Shown here piece by piece: positions 38,430 through 49,279 of a stretch of 64,000 bases of DNA. The stretch is from positions 98,796 through 162,795 of the forward strand of contig JBHLMQ010000004.1 in the NCBI GenBank assembly GCA_048938005.1, given 5' to 3'. The notes below the pieces were generated by a model, which had not been told where the DNA came from, did not search any database, and was given only the letters and a program-made list of their open reading frames with translations. The position numbers were made by a program, and so were the translations under genes. The DNA is from Promethearchaeota archaeon. GTDB taxonomy: Archaea > Asgardarchaeota > Lokiarchaeia > Sigyniarchaeales > SOKP01. Every line of letters starts with the position of its first letter. Position 1 is the stretch's first letter.

Positions 38430-39206
38430 ATGAAAATGGAAGAAAAATCTAAATATGGATGGTATGTGAAGAATCTAATTATCGGATTTACTATAGTTGG
38501 ATTGCTGGGATTAGTCGTTTTTATATACGGAATAATTATTCAAGGTTTATGGGGGATCATTCTTATTATCAGTGGAATTGCTATGATATTTGTATTTTTA
38601 TGGCCGGGAATTGGTATGATTATGATGCATCTATTGCTATTGCGAAAAACATCTAAAATAAATTTACTTACCAGAATGAAAGCATTAGATGAAATTGAAA
38701 ATCCGCAAGTATTAGATGTAGGGTGTGGAACAGGTAGAACTGCATTAAGAATCGCTAAAGCATTGAAGAATGGTGGACATTTATATGGTATTGATATTTA
38801 TTCAAAATTAGCAATTGCGGGTAATGCTTTGGATACTGTACAAAATAATGCTAAAATTGAAAAAGTCGAAGATAAAACAACTTTTCAATATGGTTCTGCT
38901 ACAGACATCCCTTTCGAAAAAAATCGATTTGATATTGTTAATGCTTCTTCAGTTCTTCATGAAGTTCATGAACCAAAAGGTCAAGATAAAGCAATGCAAG
39001 AGGTTTATCGAGTTTTAAAACCTGGTGGTTATCTTTATTTGAGTGAATGGAACCGAACATCATGGCAATTAATAGCATTTAGTGGCTTATGTTGTTTTGC
39101 CTTCAAGAATAAAAAACACTGGGATAATTTATTAAATAAATACAATTTCAAAGATATAACATATGAAAATATTGCAGGTTTTGGGATTTATACTGCCAGA
39201 AAATAA
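38430..39206 (+). CDS. Membrane-anchored class I SAM methyltransferase
   Basis: 2 N-terminal TM helices; VLDVGCGTG, RVLKPGG. Confidence 0.88.
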   Translation: MKMEEKSKYGWYVKNLIIGFTIVGLLGLVVFIYGIIIQGLWGIILIISGIAMIFVFLWPGIGMIMMHLLLLRKTSKINLLTRMKALDEIENPQVLDVGCGTGRTALRIAKALKNGGHLYGIDIYSKLAIAGNALDTVQNNAKIEKVEDKTTFQYGSATDIPFEKNRFDIVNASSVLHEVHEPKGQDKAMQEVYRVLKPGGYLYLSEWNRTSWQLIAFSGLCCFAFKNKKHWDNLLNKYNFKDITYENIAGFGIYTARK

Positions 39207-39215
39207 CTAATTTTT

Positions 39216-39758
39216 TTATTCTTTTTTATTATAATTAAAGATAATACCTTGTTCAACCCAACTCCAATGAAACATAGGTCGTTTAAATTGCTCCTTAAAT
39301 TCAAAACCAGCTTTTTTTATTTGTTCCTGGACTATATTTACTTGAATTCCATACAACCCTATATGAGTTGCATAATAAGATAAAAATCCAGGTTTGTTTT
39401 TTAAAATTCGATGTATTTCATTTAATAATTTGATTCTATCATCTTTGTCAAGTAAATGATACACATCATAAATTAACGCTACATCTATAGAATTGTTCTT
39501 CAATGGAATCGATATTTCTCTCGAAGTTTTTATGATTTCAATATTTCTAATATTTTGAGTTTTAATTTTATCAGACAATTCCTCTAAAGGATCTACATCA
39601 TAATCAAGAGCATAAATTTTACCAGTATTTCCTACAATTCGCGAAGCAATTAAGGAATATACCCCTGTTCCACATCCAAAATCTAAGATTTTTTGTCCAC
39701 TTTTTATACCAAACTCTCTAAGTATAATTTCTCCCTTTGAATTTAGCCAATCTTCCAT
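39216..39758 (-). CDS. Class I SAM methyltransferase
   Basis: ILDFGCGTG. Confidence 0.88.
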   Translation of the reverse strand: MEDWLNSKGEIILREFGIKSGQKILDFGCGTGVYSLIASRIVGNTGKIYALDYDVDPLEELSDKIKTQNIRNIEIIKTSREISIPLKNNSIDVALIYDVYHLLDKDDRIKLLNEIHRILKNKPGFLSYYATHIGLYGIQVNIVQEQIKKAGFEFKEQFKRPMFHWSWVEQGIIFNYNKKE

Positions 39759-39823
39759 TGTAATTTCTAATTAGTATTATTTATTATAACAAGGATTATA
39801 TTAAATTTCTATAATAAAAAAAA

Positions 39824-40237
39824 TTATATTGAATTTAAGGATGTTATTAGTTCATATTGATCTACTGATATTTTCTTTTTTAATACCTCAAAAAGTTCTA
39901 GAAGTACATTATCGGGAGCCGCCACCATTACATACTTCAAAGGGCCAAAATTCTTTATTTCGTTAATAAATTGAAATCCCTTATTTTTCATATGCGCTAC
40001 TAGAGCTTCTAAATCGTCTGTTTCAATACCTAAATGATGTATCGCTCCACGTCCTTGGTCTTTAGGCGGTTGATCATAAAAATTTATTTTCGATGCACCA
40101 ATTGATATCATTACATTTCTGGCTCCTGCCATTTTTAAATCAAATAAGATTTTAGCTCCAAACATATCTTGATAAAACTTGATACTTTCATCAAGATTAG
40201 AAGTAAAAAGATGTGCATGATGTAGTGAATTTCTCAT
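39824..40237 (-). CDS. VOC/glyoxalase family protein
   Basis: LHHAHL, FYQDMFG, IHHLG, APDNVLLELFE. Confidence 0.88.
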   Translation of the reverse strand: MRNSLHHAHLFTSNLDESIKFYQDMFGAKILFDLKMAGARNVMISIGASKINFYDQPPKDQGRGAIHHLGIETDDLEALVAHMKNKGFQFINEIKNFGPLKYVMVAAPDNVLLELFEVLKKKISVDQYELITSLNSI

Positions 40238-40292
40238 GATTTCTTCATATTTAATTGTAAATTATCCGTTTTAATATACCCTAATTAATAAT

Positions 40293-42794
40293 TTAAATTA
40301 AATATGATCCAGTTTTTGATGCCAAACTTTTTTTAATTTCCGTTGGAGTACCATTAGCGATTACTTTTCCTCCTTTAGGTCCGCCCTCTGGTCCTAATTC
40401 AATGATATAGTCTGTATAGGACAAGATTTCAGGATCATGTTCAATAATAACAACACTATTTCCTTCTTGAACTAATTTTTCTAATAAGTGCATCAATTTT
40501 ACAACATCATAAAATGATAATCCAACTGTCGGTTCATCTAAAATATATAGAGAATTACCTTTACGTGCCTTACCTAATTCTTTTGCTAATTTAATTCGCT
40601 GTGCTTCTCCACCACTTAATGTTGGAGCAGGTTGACCAAGCGTGATATATCCCATTCCAATCTCATCAAGAATCTTAAGCACATTTGAAATGTTAATTTT
40701 TGATTTGAACAATCCCAAAGCTTCACTTACCGTCATGTTGAGCACATCTGATATTGTTTTACCCTTATATTTAATTTCTAAGATTTCTGGCTTATATCTT
40801 AAACCTTTGCATTCTTTACAAGGAATCGTAAAACTACTAAGAAAGGAAATTTGTAAATCTGTCTCACCAGTTCCTTTACAAGAAGGACACCTACCAATAT
40901 CAGAATTATAAGAAAAATGTCCTGCTTTATATTTTCTTTTTTTTGCTTCCTGTGTTTTAGCGAATAAATTCCTTATTTTGTCCCAGATACCTATAAAAGA
41001 GCAAGGGGTAGAAGTTCTCACTCTCGATATTGGATTTTGATTCACTACAATGACTCCATCAATGTATTCCCATCCTTCTATCATACCAGAATATTCTAGA
41101 AGCTCATCACCATTTTCCTCAGTTTCCCTATTATTATCATCTATTTTCTTTTGAGATAAATCAGCACCTCTCTTGAAATATGGTGTTATCAATGGAACTA
41201 GGGTATCTAATATAAGAGAGCTTTTTCCAGATCCTGAAAGACCGGCAACCCCAACCATCATCCCTAAAGGAATTTTCACTGTAATATTTTTTAGATTATT
41301 TGTTTTCGCATTTCTTATTGTTAGGAATTTTGTATTTTTATCAATAATTTTACATTCCTCAATGGGTTTACTTTGTAATTTAATCTTTCCGGCTAAAAAT
41401 TGACCTGTAAATGAACTTTCTACTTTTTGTATCCCATCTAGTGACCCATTATATACTATTTCTCCTCCATTAACTCCTGCTCCAGGACCAATATCAATAA
41501 TTTCATCAGCAATGTCAATAAAGCGTTTATCATGTTCTACAATAATTACGGTATTCCCTAAATCTCGTAATTGTTTTAATACGTTGATTAAGGATTCCTT
41601 TTCTTGTTCGTGTAAACTCATACTAGGTTCATCTAATATATAAACAAGGGAATCAAGACCGGCATCTAAATGAGTCATGAGAGATAGTCGTTGAAGTTCA
41701 CCGCCACTCAATGTAGGTAAGGAACGATGTAGATGTAAATATGAGAGACCAACATTAACCATGCGTTTTAAACCTTCTAATAAACTATTTAACATTGATT
41801 TACCTTGAGGTGTTTTCACATGTTGTTCACTTAAACCTTCTAAAAATTCTATTAATTCATCAATAGTCATCATAGCCAACTCGCCAATATGTGAACTTGA
41901 GATTTTAACCTCTCTAGCTTGTTCATTTATTCGATAACCTTCACAATCATCGCATTTTTTTTTTGACATGAAATTTTGATGGATCTTTTGTCTTCTATAC
42001 GTACTTTTTGATTCTGTGAGAGCACGCTTTATATGTGGAATGATTCCTTCAAATTCTCTTTCTAAGATTCCTGTAAATGTTTTAGAATCCCATTCAAATG
42101 GTAATTTTTTACCACTCCCGTATAAAAAAATCTGTTTTACCTTGTCTGGTAAGTCTTTATATGGCGTTTTAATATCAAAATCATAGAAACTTGGTAATTG
42201 CTCAACAAAACGAATTTGATCAGCAAAAACAGCTGAACCTGCTTTTGTTATTTGAATTAAGTTTCTATTATTATCTTGGACAATTAAATCCTCAGTAATA
42301 TTCATAGTATAACCCCTTCCTTTACATGCTAAACACATACCTGAAGGTTCATTAAACGAAAAATCTTTGATTTGCTTTCTGTCTACCACCATTCCACATA
42401 AACCACATTCTAGATTATCATTAACGGGTTCCTTACAAATAGGACATATTAAAATACCCTCAGTGGCATAAAGCATTCTGAGTAATCCATAAATTCCTGT
42501 TTTAGTTCCAACTGTAGAACGGGGATTAAATACACGTGTAGTCCTCTGTTCCACCGCTACAGTAGGGCTCAGCCCTTCTATTAAATCAAAGGGTTTTTCA
42601 TCTTCAAATTTAGGAGGGAAACCTATCGATTGCAAATAGCGATTCATTCCTTCGTCAAACAAAAGATCGAAAGCTAAGCTTGATTTACCAGAGCCTGAAA
42701 CTCCTGTAATAAGGATAATTTTCTTTTTTGGAATGGTAATATTAACATTTTTTAGATTATGAATTCTTGCTCCTACTACCTTAATTTCATCCAT
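40293..42794 (-). CDS. UvrA-like ABC ATPase (short, class II/DrrC-like)
   Basis: Two Walker A motifs (GVSGSGKS, GLSGSGKS), two LSGGE, Zn fingers; 833 aa, UvrB-binding insert appears absent. Confidence 0.88.
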   Translation of the reverse strand: MDEIKVVGARIHNLKNVNITIPKKKIILITGVSGSGKSSLAFDLLFDEGMNRYLQSIGFPPKFEDEKPFDLIEGLSPTVAVEQRTTRVFNPRSTVGTKTGIYGLLRMLYATEGILICPICKEPVNDNLECGLCGMVVDRKQIKDFSFNEPSGMCLACKGRGYTMNITEDLIVQDNNRNLIQITKAGSAVFADQIRFVEQLPSFYDFDIKTPYKDLPDKVKQIFLYGSGKKLPFEWDSKTFTGILEREFEGIIPHIKRALTESKSTYRRQKIHQNFMSKKKCDDCEGYRINEQAREVKISSSHIGELAMMTIDELIEFLEGLSEQHVKTPQGKSMLNSLLEGLKRMVNVGLSYLHLHRSLPTLSGGELQRLSLMTHLDAGLDSLVYILDEPSMSLHEQEKESLINVLKQLRDLGNTVIIVEHDKRFIDIADEIIDIGPGAGVNGGEIVYNGSLDGIQKVESSFTGQFLAGKIKLQSKPIEECKIIDKNTKFLTIRNAKTNNLKNITVKIPLGMMVGVAGLSGSGKSSLILDTLVPLITPYFKRGADLSQKKIDDNNRETEENGDELLEYSGMIEGWEYIDGVIVVNQNPISRVRTSTPCSFIGIWDKIRNLFAKTQEAKKRKYKAGHFSYNSDIGRCPSCKGTGETDLQISFLSSFTIPCKECKGLRYKPEILEIKYKGKTISDVLNMTVSEALGLFKSKINISNVLKILDEIGMGYITLGQPAPTLSGGEAQRIKLAKELGKARKGNSLYILDEPTVGLSFYDVVKLMHLLEKLVQEGNSVVIIEHDPEILSYTDYIIELGPEGGPKGGKVIANGTPTEIKKSLASKTGSYLI

Positions 42795-42814
42795 ATTTTA
42801 GCCCATCACTTCTT

Positions 42815-43486
42815 TTAATTAACTTTTTGCATTATATAAGTTACACAATCAAATCCCGTAGTATCTTTCTTGACCATCTCAATTTCCTTTAAATGTTGTT
42901 TAATTTCTACAATATCATCGAGATTTTCATGCTTTTTACGTAAAATATTAATCTTTTTCTCCAAGGGGGCATAATATTCCGTCCACCAACATTCTTTTTC
43001 CCAGGGTATTTGCTTTACAAGCTTAAAGCCGAATTTAGGGAAATATTTGAGTTTCTTATCTGCCCAGTTAGTCGCTTCACCTGTGATCATGAAACCATTA
43101 AGCTTCAACACCCTATTACATTCTGTTAAGGCTTTCTTGAGATCAAGCAAGTGTATGACCCCTTCCTCCCAAATGATGTCAAACATCTCATCCTCAAATT
43201 TCATGTCATATATTGAACGATTATACACCTTTACTCTGTCTGAAAGGCCTTCTTGCTTAATCTTGAGATTTAATTTATCTAAAGCACGTTGATCAATGTC
43301 AATTCCAATTATTTTGCCATTACTTAACCTAGCTAACTCTAAGGTGGGTATTCCTGTGCCACATCCAACATCGAGGATGTGGGGATCATCTATCTTTGGA
43401 AGATTTTCAAATGCCTTTCTCGTATATTTGAGAAAGACTGATCGGAGTCCTTCCGCATCCAATTCCATTAATATATCTTCAGACAT
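42815..43486 (-). CDS. Class I SAM methyltransferase
   Basis: ILDVGCGTG, FDIIWEEG, WWTEYYAP. Confidence 0.88.
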   Translation of the reverse strand: MSEDILMELDAEGLRSVFLKYTRKAFENLPKIDDPHILDVGCGTGIPTLELARLSNGKIIGIDIDQRALDKLNLKIKQEGLSDRVKVYNRSIYDMKFEDEMFDIIWEEGVIHLLDLKKALTECNRVLKLNGFMITGEATNWADKKLKYFPKFGFKLVKQIPWEKECWWTEYYAPLEKKINILRKKHENLDDIVEIKQHLKEIEMVKKDTTGFDCVTYIMQKVN

Positions 43487-43504
43487 TTCTTTTTCATTCC
43501 TCCC

Positions 43505-43933
43505 TTATTCTTTATTAGGATTTATTTTATTTCCACAATCATAACATTCCGCATCGTGCACGCAAATTTCACCCTTACAAATTGGACATGTATAGAGCTT
43601 TTTTTGTTCTTGGAGCCATTTTTGAACTCCAATTTCTTCAATTCTTTTTAGATTTTCAACCATATTAACAGAATACCTTTCTTGATAAAGATTATTCATT
43701 TTTTGTAGGTTCTGACAAGGAAATTTTTCACATTCATAACAAAATTCTAATTCTTTTTTTCTTAATGCAGGACAATCTCTTCTTATGAACACACAGTTTT
43801 TATTCCTAATTCGACATCCTTTACAGCCTTTTTTATATCCTCTTTCCTTTAGTAGATCTTTTTTCCAGAGAAGATATTGACGGCAAGCTCCACAAAATAT
43901 TCCACACGGGGCTGCTAAGTTATTATAAATCAT
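43505..43933 (-). CDS. DUF3795-like Cys-rich protein
   Basis: APCGIFCGAC, CKGC, FCYECEKFPC, CPIC..CYDC. Confidence 0.85.
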   Translation of the reverse strand: MIYNNLAAPCGIFCGACRQYLLWKKDLLKERGYKKGCKGCRIRNKNCVFIRRDCPALRKKELEFCYECEKFPCQNLQKMNNLYQERYSVNMVENLKRIEEIGVQKWLQEQKKLYTCPICKGEICVHDAECYDCGNKINPNKE

Positions 43934-44008
43934 TTCCGCAACTCTTAAACCTTTATTTTTGATAATTTATTGTATTATTTCTCTAATTATTTAATCTCCA
44001 TACTATTT

Positions 44009-45025
44009 TTAACTATAAAATCGTTTTAATACTCTTAAACAAAATAAAGTAATCCATTTGCTTTCTTTACCTTTATACTCGATATTTGCTTGCATTCGTC
44101 CGTTGAAACTTTTTTCCAGGTTCCAATGACCATTTTCATCTTGTTTAGATATAACTAGATTAATAGCATCTTGCATTCTATCATCTTTATATCCTAATTT
44201 TGTTAAAATATCTAAAACTTCCAAGGCATCAATTTTCCACATTAGGGGAAAACCAAATTGAGTCCATTCTTGCTTAGCAATAGCATCTAAGTTATGGCTC
44301 TGCTTGTATATATGATGATTGAGAAGAAATTCTGCGGCTTTATTAATAGTAGCTCTCATTCCGTCTGATCTCTTATCATTTGGTATTTCTGATAATGCCT
44401 TTAAATTTTTTACAACTGCCATGTGACATGTGTGGGTACCCCAACAAGCTTCACCTTTCTTCGAGCCAACATTATAAGGCCAATCATCTGGGACATTTTC
44501 TAATCCATCATCAAAACGTTGATATTTAACAATCCAATTTATTCCTTCTTGGATTCTACTATCTTCTATGTATCCGAACCTAATCAAGCCCCAAAGCATA
44601 TTCCCTGTGAGACATGGTAGGATTTTATTATGGTCACCACCATTTTCGCCTCTAAAATACGCAAATGCTCCACTTGATTTATCTTGCGAATTTTCAAGAA
44701 TAAATTCACATGTCTTTTGAATTCTTTTATCTTTGCCACTTACCCCGAGTTCAGCTAAAACTATAAATTGCCATACCGTTCCCCTATACTTAGTCCGAAT
44801 ATAAAAGTTTTCAGGTGTTTCCCAATACCCTTCGGGTTTTTGTTTATTTAAGATTTTAGGAACAACACCTTCGATCATAATTTTTTCTTTTGCCTCTCTA
44901 ACTTCTCTGCTATTTTCATTTTGGTGCATAATATCTGTAAGAGTGAAATATCGAACTGAAGGATTGTCATCTTCTAATAACCATTCAATGGGATCTGATT
45001 TTAAATAAGATTTCCACTTTTTCAC
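44009..45025 (-). CDS. Prenyltransferase/terpene-cyclase-like alpha-alpha barrel protein
   Basis: QW-like repeats QKPEGYW, QDKSSGAF, QRFDDG, QDENGHW; IEWLLEDDNPSVRY start. Confidence 0.7.
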   Translation of the reverse strand: MKKWKSYLKSDPIEWLLEDDNPSVRYFTLTDIMHQNENSREVREAKEKIMIEGVVPKILNKQKPEGYWETPENFYIRTKYRGTVWQFIVLAELGVSGKDKRIQKTCEFILENSQDKSSGAFAYFRGENGGDHNKILPCLTGNMLWGLIRFGYIEDSRIQEGINWIVKYQRFDDGLENVPDDWPYNVGSKKGEACWGTHTCHMAVVKNLKALSEIPNDKRSDGMRATINKAAEFLLNHHIYKQSHNLDAIAKQEWTQFGFPLMWKIDALEVLDILTKLGYKDDRMQDAINLVISKQDENGHWNLEKSFNGRMQANIEYKGKESKWITLFCLRVLKRFYS

Positions 45026-45047
45026 TTTTTATAACACCATTTTACTG

Positions 45048-46181
45048 TTAGATTTTAATTTTTGATAAATTCTTAAACAAATTTTCCTCTAATGTGAGAA
45101 TTTGCAATGCTAAATTATGCAACTTATTGAGATCAACATTATTTAAACATTCTTCTTTATATTCATCAGCGGTATGTTTTAAAGTCTCAGCTATAATGGT
45201 CCAGTTTTTAGCAGAATCACTAATAATTGGTATTGATTCTTCTAAAATTTTGAATTCTTCATTATTCCAAGCCCTCGGACCCTCTCTAAGCTGATTATGA
45301 TCTAATAATTCAATAAGAAATTGTTTATATAAATTCCGAAATGCAGCACCTCCTGTACCCCAAGTCTCAATATATCCATGCATCAATTCAAACATTAATC
45401 TCGAACGCGAGATAGTCTTTCCAGAAGGATCTTTTGTTTCACCCTGTAATTTATCTTTCCATTCTGGAATTGATTGTGCGAATAATTTAAGCCCTTGAAT
45501 TCCTGAATTACTTATTGAGGGTCGCAACATATTATTTACTACTTTTTGGATGGCAAGCTTAACACCTGCAGCTAAAGGAGGATGTTTTCCATCCGTTCTT
45601 CTTTGCATGGAAAATTGTGTGTTATTTGGGCGCATAAATTTGGGACCATACTCAGAACTTCGTCCTTTTTTCAATTGTTCTATTCTAACTTCCTGAAAAT
45701 CTTTAAATTCGGAGTCTCCTACATAAGCTACTCCTTTTTCTTCATCATATCCTGCTAAAGTTATAGTATGCCCGCCAAAATGGATATTTCCCTCTTCCTC
45801 GAAATAAGGTAAATAACCCAAGTCTATCTGAAGAATCAACGGAACATCTTGATCGATCAATTTTTTTGATTCTTTCCAGGCTTTATCAGCACTCGTGAAA
45901 GATTGTTTTCTTAAGGTTATTCCAAGTAAACGGCAACCTAATGAACTTGGTTCGATAGTTCCTTGCTTCCCTCCCAAGAAAAAGGGGATATCCGACTCGG
46001 GAATAAAGGACACATTGCTAGTAGTATCAAAAAACCCAAACCCCATAGTGGCATCTAAACCGAATGCCATTGCTTCTGACATGGGAAATCCATAAAATTC
46101 AAAAAGATCTCTCATTGAAGATGATTCGCAATGATAACCAACTCTATGGATAAAATTATTTACTATATGCTTTTGGACCAA
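45048..46181 (-). CDS. BtrH-like protein (papain/C39-like fold)
   Basis: GYHCES, SEAMAFGL, LPYF..HFGGH..LAGYD, GTGGAAFRNLY. Confidence 0.85.
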   Translation of the reverse strand: MVQKHIVNNFIHRVGYHCESSSMRDLFEFYGFPMSEAMAFGLDATMGFGFFDTTSNVSFIPESDIPFFLGGKQGTIEPSSLGCRLLGITLRKQSFTSADKAWKESKKLIDQDVPLILQIDLGYLPYFEEEGNIHFGGHTITLAGYDEEKGVAYVGDSEFKDFQEVRIEQLKKGRSSEYGPKFMRPNNTQFSMQRRTDGKHPPLAAGVKLAIQKVVNNMLRPSISNSGIQGLKLFAQSIPEWKDKLQGETKDPSGKTISRSRLMFELMHGYIETWGTGGAAFRNLYKQFLIELLDHNQLREGPRAWNNEEFKILEESIPIISDSAKNWTIIAETLKHTADEYKEECLNNVDLNKLHNLALQILTLEENLFKNLSKIKI

Positions 46182-46737
46182 CTTTCCCTCCTCCCTTTTT
46201 AATTTCTTCTAACACCCAATTCAAAAACTCTATATCAATTTCTAATATCTTAATAGGATGTACAAAAAGACCTCTTACATTTAAAGGCATATTAGAATTT
46301 TCTGCTAACATATCTTCTAATCCCTTTACATTTTTTTTTATCTTCTTTATGGAATTGGAAATCGCTTCAATTTGTTGCTCTTTAGTTAATATTGGAAGCA
46401 TGGAAAATGCAACATAGAAATTTTCATCATTTTTTCCTATAAATTCTTTAATAACATTGTAAGTCTTCATTTTCAAGATTTCAAATCCATAATCTGTAAT
46501 TTTATATACTTTACGTATACGGTTATCAACTTCTTCTGTATAAGAATCAACTAATTTACTTTTTTCAAGATTATTTAAATCGCTATAAATAGATGATTTT
46601 CCTATACTAGTCCATTCTCTCATGCCCCTCTCGTCAATTCTTTGATTAATACTATAAGCATGACTTGGAAATTCTGCTATCAAACCTAATACGACGAATT
46701 CCCGATGATTTAATTCATAATTACTTTCTGTGGTCAT
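46156..46737 (-). CDS. PadR family regulator
   Basis: VLGLIAE.PSHAY, SSIYSDL..LE, RKVYKIT..G. Confidence 0.9.
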   Translation of the reverse strand: MTTESNYELNHREFVVLGLIAEFPSHAYSINQRIDERGMREWTSIGKSSIYSDLNNLEKSKLVDSYTEEVDNRIRKVYKITDYGFEILKMKTYNVIKEFIGKNDENFYVAFSMLPILTKEQQIEAISNSIKKIKKNVKGLEDMLAENSNMPLNVRGLFVHPIKILEIDIEFLNWVLEEIKKGGGKVGPKAYSK

Positions 46738-46774
46738 TTTGAGATGAAATGATATTTTTAATGATTATTTTATT

Positions 46775-46830
46775 AATATTCTCTTAATAGAATATTATGG
46801 ATAAAGAATATTATGAATCAAGAATATATA
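46775..46830. promoter_or_regulatory. Candidate PadR operator array
   Basis: AATATTCT-N6-AGAATATT palindrome (46775-46796) and AGAATAT direct repeats at 46789, 46805, 46821 (16-bp period). Confidence 0.65.
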
Positions 46831-46968
46831 AATATTACTAATTTCAAAAATCAAAAGTTAAGAAAAAATTTAATTTAGATACTTTTCCATATTTAAATAG
46901 CAAAAGAGGTTATTTCTTCAAATTTAGCAATCTTCAAGTCTAGAGACAATTTAAATATATGTTAAGTA

Positions 46969-47472
46969 TTAATCCTTCTTACTATTGGAAATCTTATCTA
47001 CTTCCTTTGCATAGATAGGGGTTAATTCAGTTATTAAAAGTTTTGAATTACTAGTCGAAACTAAATTCCCTCTCATATCATGTATTTCAGCAATTGCATG
47101 AAGAATGTTATGACCTTCATTAATTATCTTTCCTTGAACTTTAACTTTTTCCTCAACTTTAATTTTTCCTATAAAATCAACATGGAAATCCATACTAATT
47201 GGAAATCCTTCATAACCTAAGGTAGCTACTGCCATGCCAATAACATTGTCCAACATACCGCATTGTATTCCTCCATGGAGTAAATTAACTGGATTCCCCA
47301 TTTCTGGTCGTATGAAAAATTCTAATTCCACAAAACCACGTTCTACATTTATTAATACCCCATTTAACCATCTGGCATAAGCAATTTTAGCAAAATTCTT
47401 TAATTCTTTACCTTTCAAAGAATTAAAAAACTCTAACATCCGTTTTGAACGTTTATCAATATTTTCACGCAT
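46969..47472 (-). CDS. PaaI-family thioesterase
   Basis: NPVNLLHGG...LD hotdog motif. Confidence 0.88.
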   Translation of the reverse strand: MRENIDKRSKRMLEFFNSLKGKELKNFAKIAYARWLNGVLINVERGFVELEFFIRPEMGNPVNLLHGGIQCGMLDNVIGMAVATLGYEGFPISMDFHVDFIGKIKVEEKVKVQGKIINEGHNILHAIAEIHDMRGNLVSTSNSKLLITELTPIYAKEVDKISNSKKD

Positions 47473-47481
47473 TTTAGATCA

Positions 47482-48276
47482 TCACCTAAATCTCTTTTCC
47501 AATGTTTTTTGATGTAAGGTAAAAGCCAAGAAGAGAAAAATAAAACCAATTCCTATTAAGACTCCAAAATCAATCAACAATCCGAATGTACCAAATGCAC
47601 TATTTTCTCCTAATCCAACGTTTATTATATCAAGACAGTATGTAAGTGGAGATACTATTGCAGTAGGAAGTGAAGCAATTGGCATAAAAAGCGGGCTGAT
47701 AAATAATAATGGAAATTTGATGAAAATTTGTAAAATCATTGTATTTCCAGGATTTCTTGTTGGTGGCGCAGAGATAATCAAACTAAAACTAGAAAAGACC
47801 AAAGCAGCAATAATCATAGCAGTAATAATTAGAAAATAATTAATAACTAATCCACTTGATAAGAATATTACTCCTAAAACTAAGGGAATTGATGAGAATA
47901 ACAAGCCATAAATAAATGAACCCCAAATACTACCAATCAATATTGTTTTAATTGAAATTGGACAAGTAGTTAAACGTTCAAAAGTACCACGCATTGTCTC
48001 CCATGGAAAAATGATTGGTCCCAATGATGTTGACGTTAAGAAAAGTACCATTGCTATTATTCCAGAAATAAGGTAAACCGGTGATATATTTCTTCCTATT
48101 GTAAAAGCGAAAAATAGAATTATTGGAAAAAAAATTCCTTGAATTAATACAGGAGGTTTATTATAATAAATTTTCAAATCTTTTTTAGTAATTGTGAAAG
48201 ATCTCTTTATTTGAGTTTTAAAATTTCGGAATCTGGATTTTTTAGCTATTAGGAATTCCTTGTTAATTTCTACCAC
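47482..48276 (-). CDS. ABC-2 type permease
   Basis: 6 TM helices, E..RGTFERL..P, SPLTY. Confidence 0.88.
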   Translation of the reverse strand: MVEINKEFLIAKKSRFRNFKTQIKRSFTITKKDLKIYYNKPPVLIQGIFFPIILFFAFTIGRNISPVYLISGIIAMVLFLTSTSLGPIIFPWETMRGTFERLTTCPISIKTILIGSIWGSFIYGLLFSSIPLVLGVIFLSSGLVINYFLIITAMIIAALVFSSFSLIISAPPTRNPGNTMILQIFIKFPLLFISPLFMPIASLPTAIVSPLTYCLDIINVGLGENSAFGTFGLLIDFGVLIGIGFIFLFLAFTLHQKTLEKRFR

Positions 48277-49252
48277 CTCTTTCTATAATTTTTAAAAATG
48301 CATCTTCTAATTTTGGTTGATGTGTATTTAATTGTTTTATAATTAGATGATTCTGTTTGATAAAATCTAGAATTTCACAAATACTTTCATGAATATCTTC
48401 CACAATTACATGAAAACCTCCTCCAACTTCTTGAACTTCTCTTACTGAATTCAATTCTTCAATCTTAGTTTTACTTACTCCATTTTCAAAGTAAAAATCG
48501 ACTGCTTTATATTCTTGCGTTAACATTTTCAATTTTTCAGGAGTATCCAAACTTATGATTTTACCGTAATTAATAATAGCGATTCTATGACATAATTCAT
48601 TTGCAACTTCCATATCATGAGTCGTAAGAAAGATTGTCTTACCTTTTTCATTATATTCTTTAATCAATTGCTTAATTATACGAGAAGATTGTACATCTAA
48701 TCCACTAGTAGGTTCATCAAGAAATAAGATTTCTGGATTACTCATCAGTGCCATGCATAACAATAATCTTTGTTTCATTCCCTTTGAATATTTCATTGAT
48801 TTCAAATTACGTTTTTTGTATAATTCGAATTTCTTAAGAAGAACTTCTGCCCGTTCTAGACGAGTTTTTTTAGGAACTCCATAGATTTCTCCAATAAACA
48901 TTAAATTTTGTAATCCTGACATCTCAAAATATACATTTGCTTCCTCAGGGACATTTCCAGTCATTTGTTTAACGAGAATTTGATTTTTCCAAACCTCATG
49001 CCCAAATATAGATACATTCCCTTTAGTAGGTTTCAATACACCCGTCATCATCCGAATTGTGGTTGTTTTTCCAGCACCATTTGGACCTAAAAATCCAAAT
49101 ATCTCCCCCTTTTTCACCTCAAAACTAATATCATCAACTGCACGAATGATACCCATTGTTCCCTGCGAACCATTTGGTTCCCTTTTCCCTTGTTTCCCTA
49201 TTTTAGGGGGCTCAAAATGTTTAGCTAGATTATTTACAACGATTGCGCTCAT
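48263..49252 (-). CDS. ABC exporter ATP-binding protein
   Basis: GPNGAGKTT, YSKGMKQR, LFLDEP. Confidence 0.95.
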   Translation of the reverse strand: MSAIVVNNLAKHFEPPKIGKQGKREPNGSQGTMGIIRAVDDISFEVKKGEIFGFLGPNGAGKTTTIRMMTGVLKPTKGNVSIFGHEVWKNQILVKQMTGNVPEEANVYFEMSGLQNLMFIGEIYGVPKKTRLERAEVLLKKFELYKKRNLKSMKYSKGMKQRLLLCMALMSNPEILFLDEPTSGLDVQSSRIIKQLIKEYNEKGKTIFLTTHDMEVANELCHRIAIINYGKIISLDTPEKLKMLTQEYKAVDFYFENGVSKTKIEELNSVREVQEVGGGFHVIVEDIHESICEILDFIKQNHLIIKQLNTHQPKLEDAFLKIIERGGRN

Positions 49253-49279
49253 TATAACACCTCTTTTATAAGAACTTTC

